DNA from: Nitratidesulfovibrio vulgaris str. Hildenborough
GTDB lineage: Bacteria; Desulfobacterota; Desulfovibrionia; Desulfovibrionales; Desulfovibrionaceae
Direction of reading: 5' to 3'
Assembly (NCBI RefSeq): GCF_000195755.1
Contig: NC_002937.3
Coordinates: 3,330,001 to 3,362,000, forward strand
Length of the DNA: 32,000 nt
The notes below the pieces were generated by a model. It was not told where the DNA came from, did not search any database, and saw only the letters and a list, made by a program, of their open reading frames with translations. This document shows positions 16,150-24,014 of the stretch, one piece after another. Every line of letters begins with the position of its first letter. The stretch's first letter is position 1. Position numbers and translations under genes: made by a program.

Positions 16150-16836
16150 TCAGCCCCGCGCGGCGCGGCGCTTCTCGTCGATGATGCGGGTAAGCCACGT
16201 GCGCAACTGGTCGAGGTCTTGCTGCTGCATCTTTTCAGAGGCGTTGAGAAGGATGCGGAGGTTCCCCACATCACGGCGCAGACCGGCGAGTTCATCTTCC
16301 ACACCACGGGCGTGCGCCACAAGGCGGGCAAGTTCGTCCTGTCGTGCCGACAGGGAGGACAAGGCGTCGGCGATGCAGGCGAGGGTGCGGTTCTGCTGCT
16401 CAAGAAGCGCAAGCGCCGCTTCGGGCAGCAGCGCACCCGCAACGGGTACGGAGGCACGAGACGGCGCGATGGCTGCCATCCCTGCGGTCTCTGCTGGCAC
16501 GGATGCCAACTCCGGGGTGTGCGCCCCGCGCATGGGGGGCTGCCCGTCGTACCCCGACGCGGACGACAACGGCAGCACGTTGCGGGCGAAACGTCCTGCC
16601 AGCCGGGCTTCGACGGCAGCGGCGTTACGCGCCGTCTGCATGGCGTCGAGAACGGCTTCGACCACCTCCAGCGCACCCGGCCTGTACCTGCGCCTGCGCC
16701 CCTCGCCCACAGAGGGCATGAACGGCGCGAAACGCTTGCAGTAGTAGCGCGCTGTGGACTCGGGCAGACCGAAATGGCGTGCGATGTCGGCGATGGTGAG
16801 CAATCCGTCCTGCCGTGTGCCGTTCTCGTCGTGCAT
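16150..16836 (-). CDS. MerR-superfamily HTH protein with a long C-terminal coiled-coil region
   Basis: Uses the internal ATG (CAT 16834-16836) with GGAGAG 5 nt upstream. The upstream 45 codons of the 273-aa track ORF have clearly lower GC3. The MerR-type HTH is LLTIADIARHFGLPESTARYYCKRF..RRRYRPGALEVVEAV. The C-terminus is Leu/Arg/Glu heptad-like (..DELARLVAHARGVEDELAGLRRDVGNLRILL..). Confidence 0.7.
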   Translation of the reverse strand: MHDENGTRQDGLLTIADIARHFGLPESTARYYCKRFAPFMPSVGEGRRRRYRPGALEVVEAVLDAMQTARNAAAVEARLAGRFARNVLPLSSASGYDGQPPMRGAHTPELASVPAETAGMAAIAPSRASVPVAGALLPEAALALLEQQNRTLACIADALSSLSARQDELARLVAHARGVEDELAGLRRDVGNLRILLNASEKMQQQDLDQLRTWLTRIIDEKRRAARG

Positions 16837-16866
16837 GGCGTCTCTCCAGCAGCCTGCTGCGTTTCC

Positions 16867-16888
16867 GGTTGCGGATACTTCCGCAACC
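16867..16888. promoter_or_regulatory. Perfect 22-bp palindrome (candidate operator) between the MerR-like gene and hup
   Basis: GGTTGCGGA-TACT-TCCGCAACC has 9-bp perfect arms and a 4-nt centre, 31-52 nt upstream of the MerR-like ATG. A third CCGCAA copy follows at 16893-16898. Confidence 0.5.
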
Positions 16889-16945
16889 GTAGCCGCAATG
16901 CGGAGCCGATGCAACAGCCACGCAGCTGAAAAGGAGCCGTCCCCG

Positions 16946-16974
16946 TTGACATCCGCGACAGCTACGTGCATAGC
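16946..16974 (+). promoter_or_regulatory. Candidate sigma70 promoter for the HU gene
   Basis: Perfect -35 TTGACA (16946-16951), a 17-nt spacer, then CATAGC (16969-16974) preceded by TG. Pattern match only. Confidence 0.3.
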
Positions 16975-17045
16975 GGCAGAATGATAGCAAAGGGCGAGTA
17001 GGGGGGGCGAACATTACGTCGTATCCGGGTAAGGAGGAAGTGACG

Positions 17046-17333
17046 ATGCTGACCAAAGCCGAATTTGTTGCCGCACTCAAGGATTCTCTGCCTGATGTCT
17101 TCGAAACCAAGGTAAGCGCCGAAAAGGCCTACGACACGTTCTGCAAGATCATGGCCGACGGTGTCGCCAACGGGCAGGGCGTGCGCCTTCCCGGCGTGGG
17201 GGCGCTGACCGTGACCGAACGCGCAGCCCGCACCGGACGCAATCCCCAGACGGGACAGACCATCACCATCCCCGCCAGAAAGGCCGTGAAGTTCGCGGCA
17301 GCCAAGGCACTGCTCGACGGCATCAACGGGTAA
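17046..17333 (+). CDS. hup: HU/IHF-family histone-like DNA-binding protein
   Basis: AAGGAGG (17031-17037) lies 8 nt before ATG 17046. The track start GTG 17040 is only 2 nt from the SD. The 95-aa protein has the HU arm RNPQTGQTITIPARKAVKF. Confidence 0.92.
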   Translation: MLTKAEFVAALKDSLPDVFETKVSAEKAYDTFCKIMADGVANGQGVRLPGVGALTVTERAARTGRNPQTGQTITIPARKAVKFAAAKALLDGING

Positions 17334-17422
17334 CACGCTTCAGCGGTTCCCTCGCCGGATGCCGCAGCACACCCCTGCTGGCGACTTCTTCCGGCCTACC
17401 GGATAGAGACGCGCTGCAAACG

Positions 17423-17460
17423 AAAGGGCTTCCACGCATGGCGTGGAAGCCCTTTTTCCA
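17423..17460. terminator. Bidirectional rho-independent terminator between convergent hup and the NlpC/P60 gene
   Basis: AAAGGGCTTCCACGC (17423-17437) pairs perfectly with GCGTGGAAGCCCTTT (17441-17455). TTTTT follows on the plus strand and TTTCGTTT on the minus strand. Confidence 0.85.
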
Positions 17461-17481
17461 TGTCTTCTGAAAAGCCCCGGG

Positions 17482-18057
17482 TCAGGGCCAGACCACACGC
17501 CGCGCCGCGATGAAATTACGACGCCAGTAAGGGATGTCGAGGGTCTCTTCACGCACGGTCGCCCCGGGTTTGGGGCTGTGCACGAAACGACCGTTGCCGG
17601 TGTAGATGCCGGTGTGCAAGCCGTGCATGCCCGACCCCGTACGGAACACGAGGATGTCGGCAGGGCGGAGGACATTGCCGGGTACGGCAGCACCCGCCGT
17701 CGCCTGTTCGGCAGTGGTCCGTGGCAGATTGATGCCGTTCTGGTGATAGGTCCACCAGATGAAGCCCGAGCAATCGAAACCCGACCGGGGGTCGAGCCCT
17801 CCCGCACGGTAGGGCACACCCAGTTGGCCCCTTGCCGTGGCGACCACTGACCGGGCGGTATCGGAAGCGGGTGGCGGCCCCGTCTGCGCAGGTTCCGGCA
17901 AGACCAGCACCTGACGCTCGGCACAACCGCCCGCGAGCAGGACGAATCCGAGAACCAGCCCGAAGAGGATGCGCACGGCACGCGGCCGGGAGCGAAGTCC
18001 GGCAAACGGCCAGCCGGATGGGCGGACAGACGACGTGCCCGATGGGCTGACAGACAT
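17482..18057 (-). CDS. NlpC/P60-family cell-wall hydrolase, probable lipoprotein
   Basis: The catalytic region is GVPYRAGGLDPRSGFDCSGFIWWTY...HTGIYTGNGRFVHSP. The start is set at the internal ATG (CAT 18055-18057), giving a signal sequence ending LLAGGC. The upstream 48 codons of the track ORF look non-coding. The start is uncertain. Confidence 0.8.
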   Translation of the reverse strand: MSVSPSGTSSVRPSGWPFAGLRSRPRAVRILFGLVLGFVLLAGGCAERQVLVLPEPAQTGPPPASDTARSVVATARGQLGVPYRAGGLDPRSGFDCSGFIWWTYHQNGINLPRTTAEQATAGAAVPGNVLRPADILVFRTGSGMHGLHTGIYTGNGRFVHSPKPGATVREETLDIPYWRRNFIAARRVVWP

Positions 18058-18263
18058 TTCCGAGCCATGGGCGATGCAGGGGAAGAAGCGGGCGAAGGCT
18101 CGCGGCAAGGCGCAACGGGGGAAGGCAGCCCCTCCGTCACGCCCACAGCGTGCGGCATGGTCACGGCTTGCGGACGTATGTGGCGTTGTCATGGAAGACA
18201 TGCCCGCAATCTAGCAGGAGACGGAGAAAAACCCAAGGGGTGCAAGGGCCCTGCGCGATATGT

Positions 18264-19559
18264 TCAACGCTCCGACCACAGGGCACGCGCGCCCGCGCCC
18301 TTTCCCTTCAGACGCAGACGGCACAGCGGAAGCCCCCGCCAGTAGAGGCACACCTCGCTGGCGTCACCCGTTTCGGCGAGGGGAAGACTACGTCCCGTGA
18401 GCACTCCGGCGACATCCTCGACGGAGTCGACATCAAGGGCCACGGCACCGGACTGGCGGGCGTCCTCAGGACGCGGCATCAGGCAGCGCAGACGCGGCAA
18501 CAGGCGCAGCCCTGCCTTGCTGGCCTTGCCCACGGCACAACCTTGCCAGCGAAAACTCTCGGGCAGCCTCTCAAGGGCCTGACGCGGCAGGAAGTGCGCC
18601 GTATCACCGAAGATGGACACCTGCCCCTCTGGCAACAGGGCGGGAAGCACACCGGGCATGGCGAGTTCAGCGGAATGCAGGGGCGTGGCCTTGAGGGGCG
18701 TGAACGGCGAAGACGCTACGGGCACGTCGTCACCGGGCCGGCGGAAGGCGGCGACGAAGAAGCCCTGCGCCGCCGAACCTTGTGGGTCCACCCGCAGGAC
18801 GCCTTCGCACCCCGGCAGTTCGGGGGCGGCAAAGACGAAGCCCGGCGGGGGTTCCAGCGGGACGGGCTCGAACCCCAGTTCATCGATGGCGTAGCGCACC
18901 TGCGCCTCGTTCTCGTCCACATTGGTGGTGCAGGTCGAATACACCACGCGTCCGCCGGGACGCAGCAGCCTTCTGGCTTCAGCCAGAAGCAGGCGTTGCA
19001 GCGCGATGAGCGGGCGTATCTTGTCACCCTGCCACAGCTTGAGCACCTGCGGATTGCGCTCGACGGTGCCCCAGCCGGAACAGGGGGGGTCGAGCTGGAT
19101 GCAGTCCCATGTGCCCTCGGGAAGGGGAAGCGATTCGCCCGGGTACGAACAGGTGGCGGCATGCAGCAGGTTGAGCGTGAAGAGATTCTGCCGCAACGTG
19201 GCGAGACGGCTTCTGTTGGGTTCGTTGCCCAGTACGAACCCCGTCTCACCCACCAGTTGGGCGAGAAAGCCCGTCTTGCTGCCGGGACTGGCGCACATGT
19301 CGAGCACGGCACTGCCGGCCGCGGGGGCCAGCGCCACCGGCGGCAGCATGGACGACCTGTCCTGGATGTAGATGAGCCCGAAAAAGGCGGCCAGACTGCC
19401 ACCAAGCGGTCGGGGTTCCTCGACGAGGCGCCTCGACCACGGCGAAAAGGGCTCGGGAATGAAACGGTAGCCCTGCGCTTCAAGCAGGGCCTCGACAAGC
19501 GGAATCTGCCCGGCAGGGCAGACGATACGGAAGGAGCGAAGGGCTTGCAGGTGACTCAT
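18264..19559 (-). CDS. RsmB/RsmF (NOL1/NOP2/Sun) family rRNA cytosine-C5 methyltransferase
   Basis: Uses the internal ATG (CAT 19557-19559; MSHLQALRSF..). It has the SAM motif VLDMCASPGSKTG and the catalytic cysteines in LDPPCSGWGT and VYSTCT. Length 431 aa. There is no NusB-like N-domain. Confidence 0.85.
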   Translation of the reverse strand: MSHLQALRSFRIVCPAGQIPLVEALLEAQGYRFIPEPFSPWSRRLVEEPRPLGGSLAAFFGLIYIQDRSSMLPPVALAPAAGSAVLDMCASPGSKTGFLAQLVGETGFVLGNEPNRSRLATLRQNLFTLNLLHAATCSYPGESLPLPEGTWDCIQLDPPCSGWGTVERNPQVLKLWQGDKIRPLIALQRLLLAEARRLLRPGGRVVYSTCTTNVDENEAQVRYAIDELGFEPVPLEPPPGFVFAAPELPGCEGVLRVDPQGSAAQGFFVAAFRRPGDDVPVASSPFTPLKATPLHSAELAMPGVLPALLPEGQVSIFGDTAHFLPRQALERLPESFRWQGCAVGKASKAGLRLLPRLRCLMPRPEDARQSGAVALDVDSVEDVAGVLTGRSLPLAETGDASEVCLYWRGLPLCRLRLKGKGAGARALWSER

Positions 19560-19690
19560 GGGTACTCGCAGTTCCCGGATTGGGCGTTCGGCGCGCCATA
19601 CCTTATGGTTGCCTGATGCCGCAAGAGATATTATGAGTGCGGACAGCCTAGGGCCCTCCAAGGGTGCGGCCCACGAAACAAGGAGAGACT

Positions 19691-21358
19691 ATGAAGGTGC
19701 TCATGCGCACGGCCCTCGCCGTGCTTGCCCTGCTTCTGCTCGCCGCCTCGCCCGTCTTTGCGGCACCGCAAAGCTACGCGGTGCTGCCGTTCCAGATCAA
19801 CGGCCCCTCGTCCTACCGTTACCTCGAGAAGGCCATCCCCCAGATGTTCTCCTCGCGACTCTACTGGAAGGACCACTTCCATCCGGTAGCGTCAGACGCG
19901 GCCGCCAAGGCAGCCCTGCCGGGTTCCGAAGCGGATGTGGCAAAGACGCAGGCCGCCCTCGGCGCAAACTACGCCGTATGGGGCAGCGTCACCATCGTGG
20001 GTGACGACTGCAGCCTCGACGTGCGCGTGCGCGACCCCAAGGGCAAAGTCTGGCCCAAGTCGTCGCGTGCCAAGGTCAACGACCTCATCGCCGCTCTCCA
20101 GACCTCTGCCGACGCCGTCAGCGCCGAGGTGTTCGGCCGTGCTTCTGCCCAGCCCGCCAACGCCGCCGCCGAACCCAAGGTCGTCAACCAGATGAACGAA
20201 GCGTTCGTCGTCAACGAAACGCAGAACCAGCAGGTCTACCTCAACCCGCAGTTCCGCTATCAGGGCAACGCCGCGGGTGACGCGCGGATGCGCAGCCAGT
20301 CGCTGCCCTTCTCCGCCCTCGGCATGCTCGTCGAGGACGTGGATGGCGACGGCAAGAACGAAGTGCTGCTTCTCGACGACAAGGCCGTCTACGCCTATCG
20401 CTGGGAAGGTGGTCGCCTCGCCCCCGCTGGCGAATTCCGCCCCAACCGCTACCTCGACTGCCTCAACATCAACAGCATCGACCTCAACCGCGACGGGCGC
20501 CGTGAAATCGTCATCACCGCCGTGGACGAGAAGAGTAACGAACCGGAGTCGTTCATCCTGAACTACGCCGGTGGGCAGTTCACCGAGGTCATGACCCGCA
20601 TCGGCTACTTCCTGAACGTGGTCAAGCTGCCGCCGGACTTCATCCCCGTGCTCGTGGGCCAGAAGACCGACCAGCCCCGCCTGTTCCGTCCCGGCGTGTA
20701 CGAGATGGCGAAGAACGGCGACTCGCTGATGCAGATCAAGCGGCTCGACCTGCCTGAAGGCGCCAACGTGTTCAACTTCGTGTGGGTTCCCGGCGGCTCG
20801 AAGGGCGACGGCGACAAGATCGTCACCCTCACCGACACCGAACGCCTGCGCGTCCACACCGCCAAGGGCGGGCGCGTGGCAGAGACCGACGAGTCCTACT
20901 CCGGTACCGCCAAGGGCATCTCCATCGAGCCCAACATGCCCGGCATGGGCCGCGACAAGGTGCTGCTCAAGAGCCAGTACTACATTCCCATGCGCATGCT
21001 GGCGGTCAACCTCGACCGCGACGACAACTGGGAGTTGCTGGTCAACCGGCCCATCTCCACCGCATCGCAGTTCTTCGAGCGTTACCGTTTCTTCCCGCAG
21101 GGTGAGATTCACGCCCTGTACTGGGACGGCGTGGGCCTCGGCCTTCAGTGGAAGACCCGCCGCGTGAAGGGCTCCGTGGCCGACTTCGCCCTTGCCGACG
21201 TGAACAACGACGGCGTGCAGGACCTCGTGCTGTGCGTGAACACCCACCCCGGCGCGCTGGGTATGGAATCGCGCAAGACCATGGTGCTCGCCTACCCCCT
21301 CGACCTCAGCAAGGTCGACCCGAACACCGCCGCCGCGAACGAACAGCTCGACCAGTAG
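19691..21358 (+). CDS. Secreted FG-GAP/VCBS-repeat protein
   Basis: AAGGAGAG is upstream of ATG 19691. The signal peptide is MKVLMRTALAVLALLLLAASPVFA. There are repeated Ca-binding-like D-x-D/N-x-D-G motifs (DVDGDGKNEVLLLD, DLNRDGRREIVITA, DVNNDGVQDLVLCV). Length 555 aa. Confidence 0.8.
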   Translation: MKVLMRTALAVLALLLLAASPVFAAPQSYAVLPFQINGPSSYRYLEKAIPQMFSSRLYWKDHFHPVASDAAAKAALPGSEADVAKTQAALGANYAVWGSVTIVGDDCSLDVRVRDPKGKVWPKSSRAKVNDLIAALQTSADAVSAEVFGRASAQPANAAAEPKVVNQMNEAFVVNETQNQQVYLNPQFRYQGNAAGDARMRSQSLPFSALGMLVEDVDGDGKNEVLLLDDKAVYAYRWEGGRLAPAGEFRPNRYLDCLNINSIDLNRDGRREIVITAVDEKSNEPESFILNYAGGQFTEVMTRIGYFLNVVKLPPDFIPVLVGQKTDQPRLFRPGVYEMAKNGDSLMQIKRLDLPEGANVFNFVWVPGGSKGDGDKIVTLTDTERLRVHTAKGGRVAETDESYSGTAKGISIEPNMPGMGRDKVLLKSQYYIPMRMLAVNLDRDDNWELLVNRPISTASQFFERYRFFPQGEIHALYWDGVGLGLQWKTRRVKGSVADFALADVNNDGVQDLVLCVNTHPGALGMESRKTMVLAYPLDLSKVDPNTAAANEQLDQ

Positions 21359-21391
21359 CCCCGGCCAAGGCCGGAGTATCGTACGCATCCC

Positions 21392-21425
21392 AGCCCGGCG
21401 GGTCGCTCCCGTCGGGCTTTTTTTC
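21392..21425 (+). terminator. Rho-independent terminator after the FG-GAP gene
   Basis: AGCCCGGCGGG (21392-21402) pairs with CCCGTCGGGCT (21408-21418), 11 bp including one G-U, around a 5-nt loop. Seven Ts follow (21418-21424). Confidence 0.85.
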
Positions 21426-21435
21426 AGGAGGAACC

Positions 21436-22608
21436 ATGCCCCCGCAGGCGATCGTCGTCACGAGGGAGGAAGCCGGACAGAAGCTGCTGCAATTCCTTGC
21501 GCGCCGCTTCGCCTTGCCGCAGGCCATGCTGCACCGCTGGATACGTTCCGGACAGGTGCGGCGTAACGGAGGCCGCTGCAAGCCCTTCGACCGTCTCGAG
21601 ATGGGCGACGAGGTCCGCGTACCGCCTTTCGCCGCATCCATGAGCGAAAGGGCCGACGTCGGGCCCGTCTCCGCCAACAGCGATGCCGTCCGGAATGTCC
21701 CTGACGCGGCGGCGCCACGCCCTGCACCGTCGCGTCATGACCGTGACGGACATGATGCCATGCAGCCCTCCCGCCAGCGACGCCCCAAGGCGGACACGAG
21801 CCTCCAGCCCGCGCGCCCCCTGCCGCCCGTCGTGGCCGAGACGCCCGACCTCTTCATCTTCGACAAGCCTGCCGGTCTTGCCGTGCACCCCGGCACGGGC
21901 CACACCGACAGCCTCACCACGAGGCTGGCACAGCATTTCGCCAAGGCCCCGTTCATGCCCACCCCCGCCCACCGCCTCGACCGCGACACGTCGGGCCTTC
22001 TGCTGGTGGCGCGCAGCTATGCCATGCTGCGCACCCTGCACGAGGCCTTCGCCTCGCACGATGCGCTCGTGAAGGAGTACCTCGCGTGGGTGGCGGGATG
22101 CTGGCAACCCGCAGCCCCGGTCACGCTGCACGACAGGCTGTCCAAGGGCGCCGAGGCGTCGGGGTTCGAACGCGTCGCAAGCGACGATGAAGGCGCGGAA
22201 GCCGCCTGCACCGTACGTTGCCTGTTGCGAGAACAGCACCGCAGCCTGTTGCTTGTGACCTTGCACACCGGACGCACCCACCAGATACGTGTGCAGCTGT
22301 CCCGGCGCGGGCACCCCCTGCTGGGCGACCGCAAATACGGCGGCCCGCCACGCATGGGCGGCTTCCTGCTGCATGCGGTGCGCCTGTGCCTGCCTTCCGG
22401 CGTCGTCCACACGCTCCTGCCCCGCTGGGCGGGCAACGATGCCCTGCCGCAAGGCTTCATCCTTCCCGAACCACTCGGCCCGGTACCGGCATCGGCAATC
22501 CATGCGGACTCGGCCTGCCCATGCCCTCGGGCACCATCCGACCGGGACGAAGGGCCTGACCGCGGAGAAGCCGACACGGACACCGTAACCGAGGGACGCG
22601 ACGCATGA
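21436..22608 (+). CDS. RluA-family 23S rRNA pseudouridine synthase (RluC/RluD-like) with an S4 domain
   Basis: CAGGAGG is upstream of ATG 21436. It has an S4-like N-terminus, the core LFIFDKPAGLAVHPG and the catalytic HRLDRDTSGLLLVA. There is an extra low-complexity insert and a C-terminal tail. Length 390 aa. Confidence 0.88.
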   Translation: MPPQAIVVTREEAGQKLLQFLARRFALPQAMLHRWIRSGQVRRNGGRCKPFDRLEMGDEVRVPPFAASMSERADVGPVSANSDAVRNVPDAAAPRPAPSRHDRDGHDAMQPSRQRRPKADTSLQPARPLPPVVAETPDLFIFDKPAGLAVHPGTGHTDSLTTRLAQHFAKAPFMPTPAHRLDRDTSGLLLVARSYAMLRTLHEAFASHDALVKEYLAWVAGCWQPAAPVTLHDRLSKGAEASGFERVASDDEGAEAACTVRCLLREQHRSLLLVTLHTGRTHQIRVQLSRRGHPLLGDRKYGGPPRMGGFLLHAVRLCLPSGVVHTLLPRWAGNDALPQGFILPEPLGPVPASAIHADSACPCPRAPSDRDEGPDRGEADTDTVTEGRDA

Positions 22609-23765
22609 CCCCCCCGGTCGTCTGCTTCTGCAACACCAACCCCGGCTGGGGCGGCGGCGAGAAATGGCACCTTGAGGCGGCCATCGCCCTTGCCCATCGT
22701 GGACGGCGTGTGCTGCTCATGGCCCACCCGGCAGGACGCCTCCATGCCGAGGCGTCACGACTGGCAGCCACCCTCCCCGCCCATCTGCCCGGACTGCGCG
22801 TCCTTCCGTTGCAGGTCGGCAGGCTCACGTTCCTCAATCCGGGCGCCATCGTCCGTATCGCGCATGTCCTGCACAGGGAGAAGGTCGACAGCCTCGTGCT
22901 GGGCCTGACCTCCGACCTCAAGGCCGTGGGCCCTGCCGCGCGCCTCGCCGGAGTGCGTCAGGTGTTCTATCGCCGGGGCAGCGCGCTGCCCATACGCAAC
23001 ACGGCCCTCAACCGTCTGCTCTATGGGCGCGTCATCAATGGACTCATCGTCAACTCGCAAGAGACCCGCCGGCTGGCGCTGGTGAACAATGCGGGACTCA
23101 TCCCCGAAGAGCGCATCCACCTGCTTCACAACGGCATCGACGCCACGGGGTTCGACGCCGCGCTCAAGAAGGCCAGCCCCGCCTACAGGGCCGGCGGACA
23201 TACGCTGGTCATCGGCAATGCGGGGCGCCTCAACAGGCAGAAGGGGCAGCACCACCTGCTGCACATGGCGCGTCTTCTGGCTGACGAGGGGCTGGACTTC
23301 AGGCTTGTCATCGCGGGAGAGGGCGAACGGAGACAGGAGCTTGAGACGCTGGCGCGAACGCTCGGCGTTTCGGGGCATGTGGTCTTTGCGGGGTTTCTCG
23401 CCGACCTTGCGCCTTTCTGGAAGAGTCTGGACGTCTTCGTGCTCAGTTCGCACTGGGAGGGCTTCGGCTATGTGCTTGCGGAGGCCATGCTGGCAGAAGT
23501 GCCCGTGGTGTCCTTCGACGTGAGCAACATCCCCGAACTCGTGCAGGATGGCACCAACGGCCTGCTGGTGCCCGGCCCGGACGCGGCACCGGAAGGCGAC
23601 GCCGCCCCCGCAGCGGGGCTTGCCCGCGCCGTCATGACCATGGCTGCGTCGCAGGGCCTGCGTTGTCGCATGGGAGCGGCGGGCAGGGCGCACGCCCTCG
23701 CCAAATATGCGCAAGAGTCCTGCATGGACGCACTGGAGAGCATCCTCGGTAGCGCACCCCGGTAG
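22605..23765 (+). CDS. GT4-family (GT-B, RfaG-like) glycosyltransferase
   Basis: 386 aa. The start overlaps the previous stop (ATGA). Motifs are GRLNRQKGQHHLL and the E-x7-E region SSHWEGFGYVLAEAMLAEVPVVS. Confidence 0.88.
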   Translation: MTPPVVCFCNTNPGWGGGEKWHLEAAIALAHRGRRVLLMAHPAGRLHAEASRLAATLPAHLPGLRVLPLQVGRLTFLNPGAIVRIAHVLHREKVDSLVLGLTSDLKAVGPAARLAGVRQVFYRRGSALPIRNTALNRLLYGRVINGLIVNSQETRRLALVNNAGLIPEERIHLLHNGIDATGFDAALKKASPAYRAGGHTLVIGNAGRLNRQKGQHHLLHMARLLADEGLDFRLVIAGEGERRQELETLARTLGVSGHVVFAGFLADLAPFWKSLDVFVLSSHWEGFGYVLAEAMLAEVPVVSFDVSNIPELVQDGTNGLLVPGPDAAPEGDAAPAAGLARAVMTMAASQGLRCRMGAAGRAHALAKYAQESCMDALESILGSAPR

Positions 23766-24014
23766 GCTGCAGGGGCCTCCGGCCTGCGCCGTATCGCGAG
23801 ATGCCGTCTCGTATGGTGTCGAGTGACGCCGGGGCAACGCGCCGGATGAGCATGCCAGCACAGCAGGTCGAGACAGGACGCCGGAGCAACGCATGGCGCA
23901 GGCTCGCCGGAACGCGCAACGGCCCACGTCGACAACACCGGGTCTATCGCAGGAAGGGTGTGCGCCCCATTGCCAGAGGGAAGGCCGCCTGCACGACGGC
24001 GTACGCCCTGCCCG

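Noticed and set aside
16017-16952. ORFs 16017-16952 (-, 311 aa), 16051-16929 (+, 292 aa) and 16181-16744 (+) overlapping the MerR-like gene
   Set aside because: These are alternative frames of the same GC-rich DNA. Only the 16150-16836 frame gives an HTH motif, an SD and coding-like GC3.
18058-18263. N-terminal extension of the NlpC/P60 ORF (start at 18201), and a terminator for the upstream methyltransferase gene
   Set aside because: The extension (MSSMTTPHTSASRDHAARCGRDGG..) has no SD and no signal-peptide character, whereas the ATG at 18057 gives a lipoprotein-like leader. A T-run (GGGTTTTTCTCC on the minus strand, about 18222-18233) exists, but I could find only a weak 5-bp stem, so I did not list it as a terminator.
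18150-21388. ORFs 18150-19616 (+, 488 aa) and 19892-21388 (-, 498 aa)
   Set aside because: They are antisense to the RsmB/F-like and FG-GAP genes respectively. Both are low-complexity Gly/Arg/His/Val-rich sequences.
22155-22175. GGTTCGAA-type T-loop-like motifs (also near 28150 and 31604) as possible tRNA genes
   Set aside because: All lie inside confident CDSs. There is no acceptor-stem complementarity or anticodon-arm structure around them.
21424-23927. Minus-strand ORFs 21424-22503 (359 aa), 22017-22745, 22755-23927 (390 aa) and 23468-24508 (346 aa)
   Set aside because: They are antisense to, or offset from, the RluA-family, GT4 and regulator genes, with no motifs. The 23468-24508 ORF also spans a convergent intergenic region.
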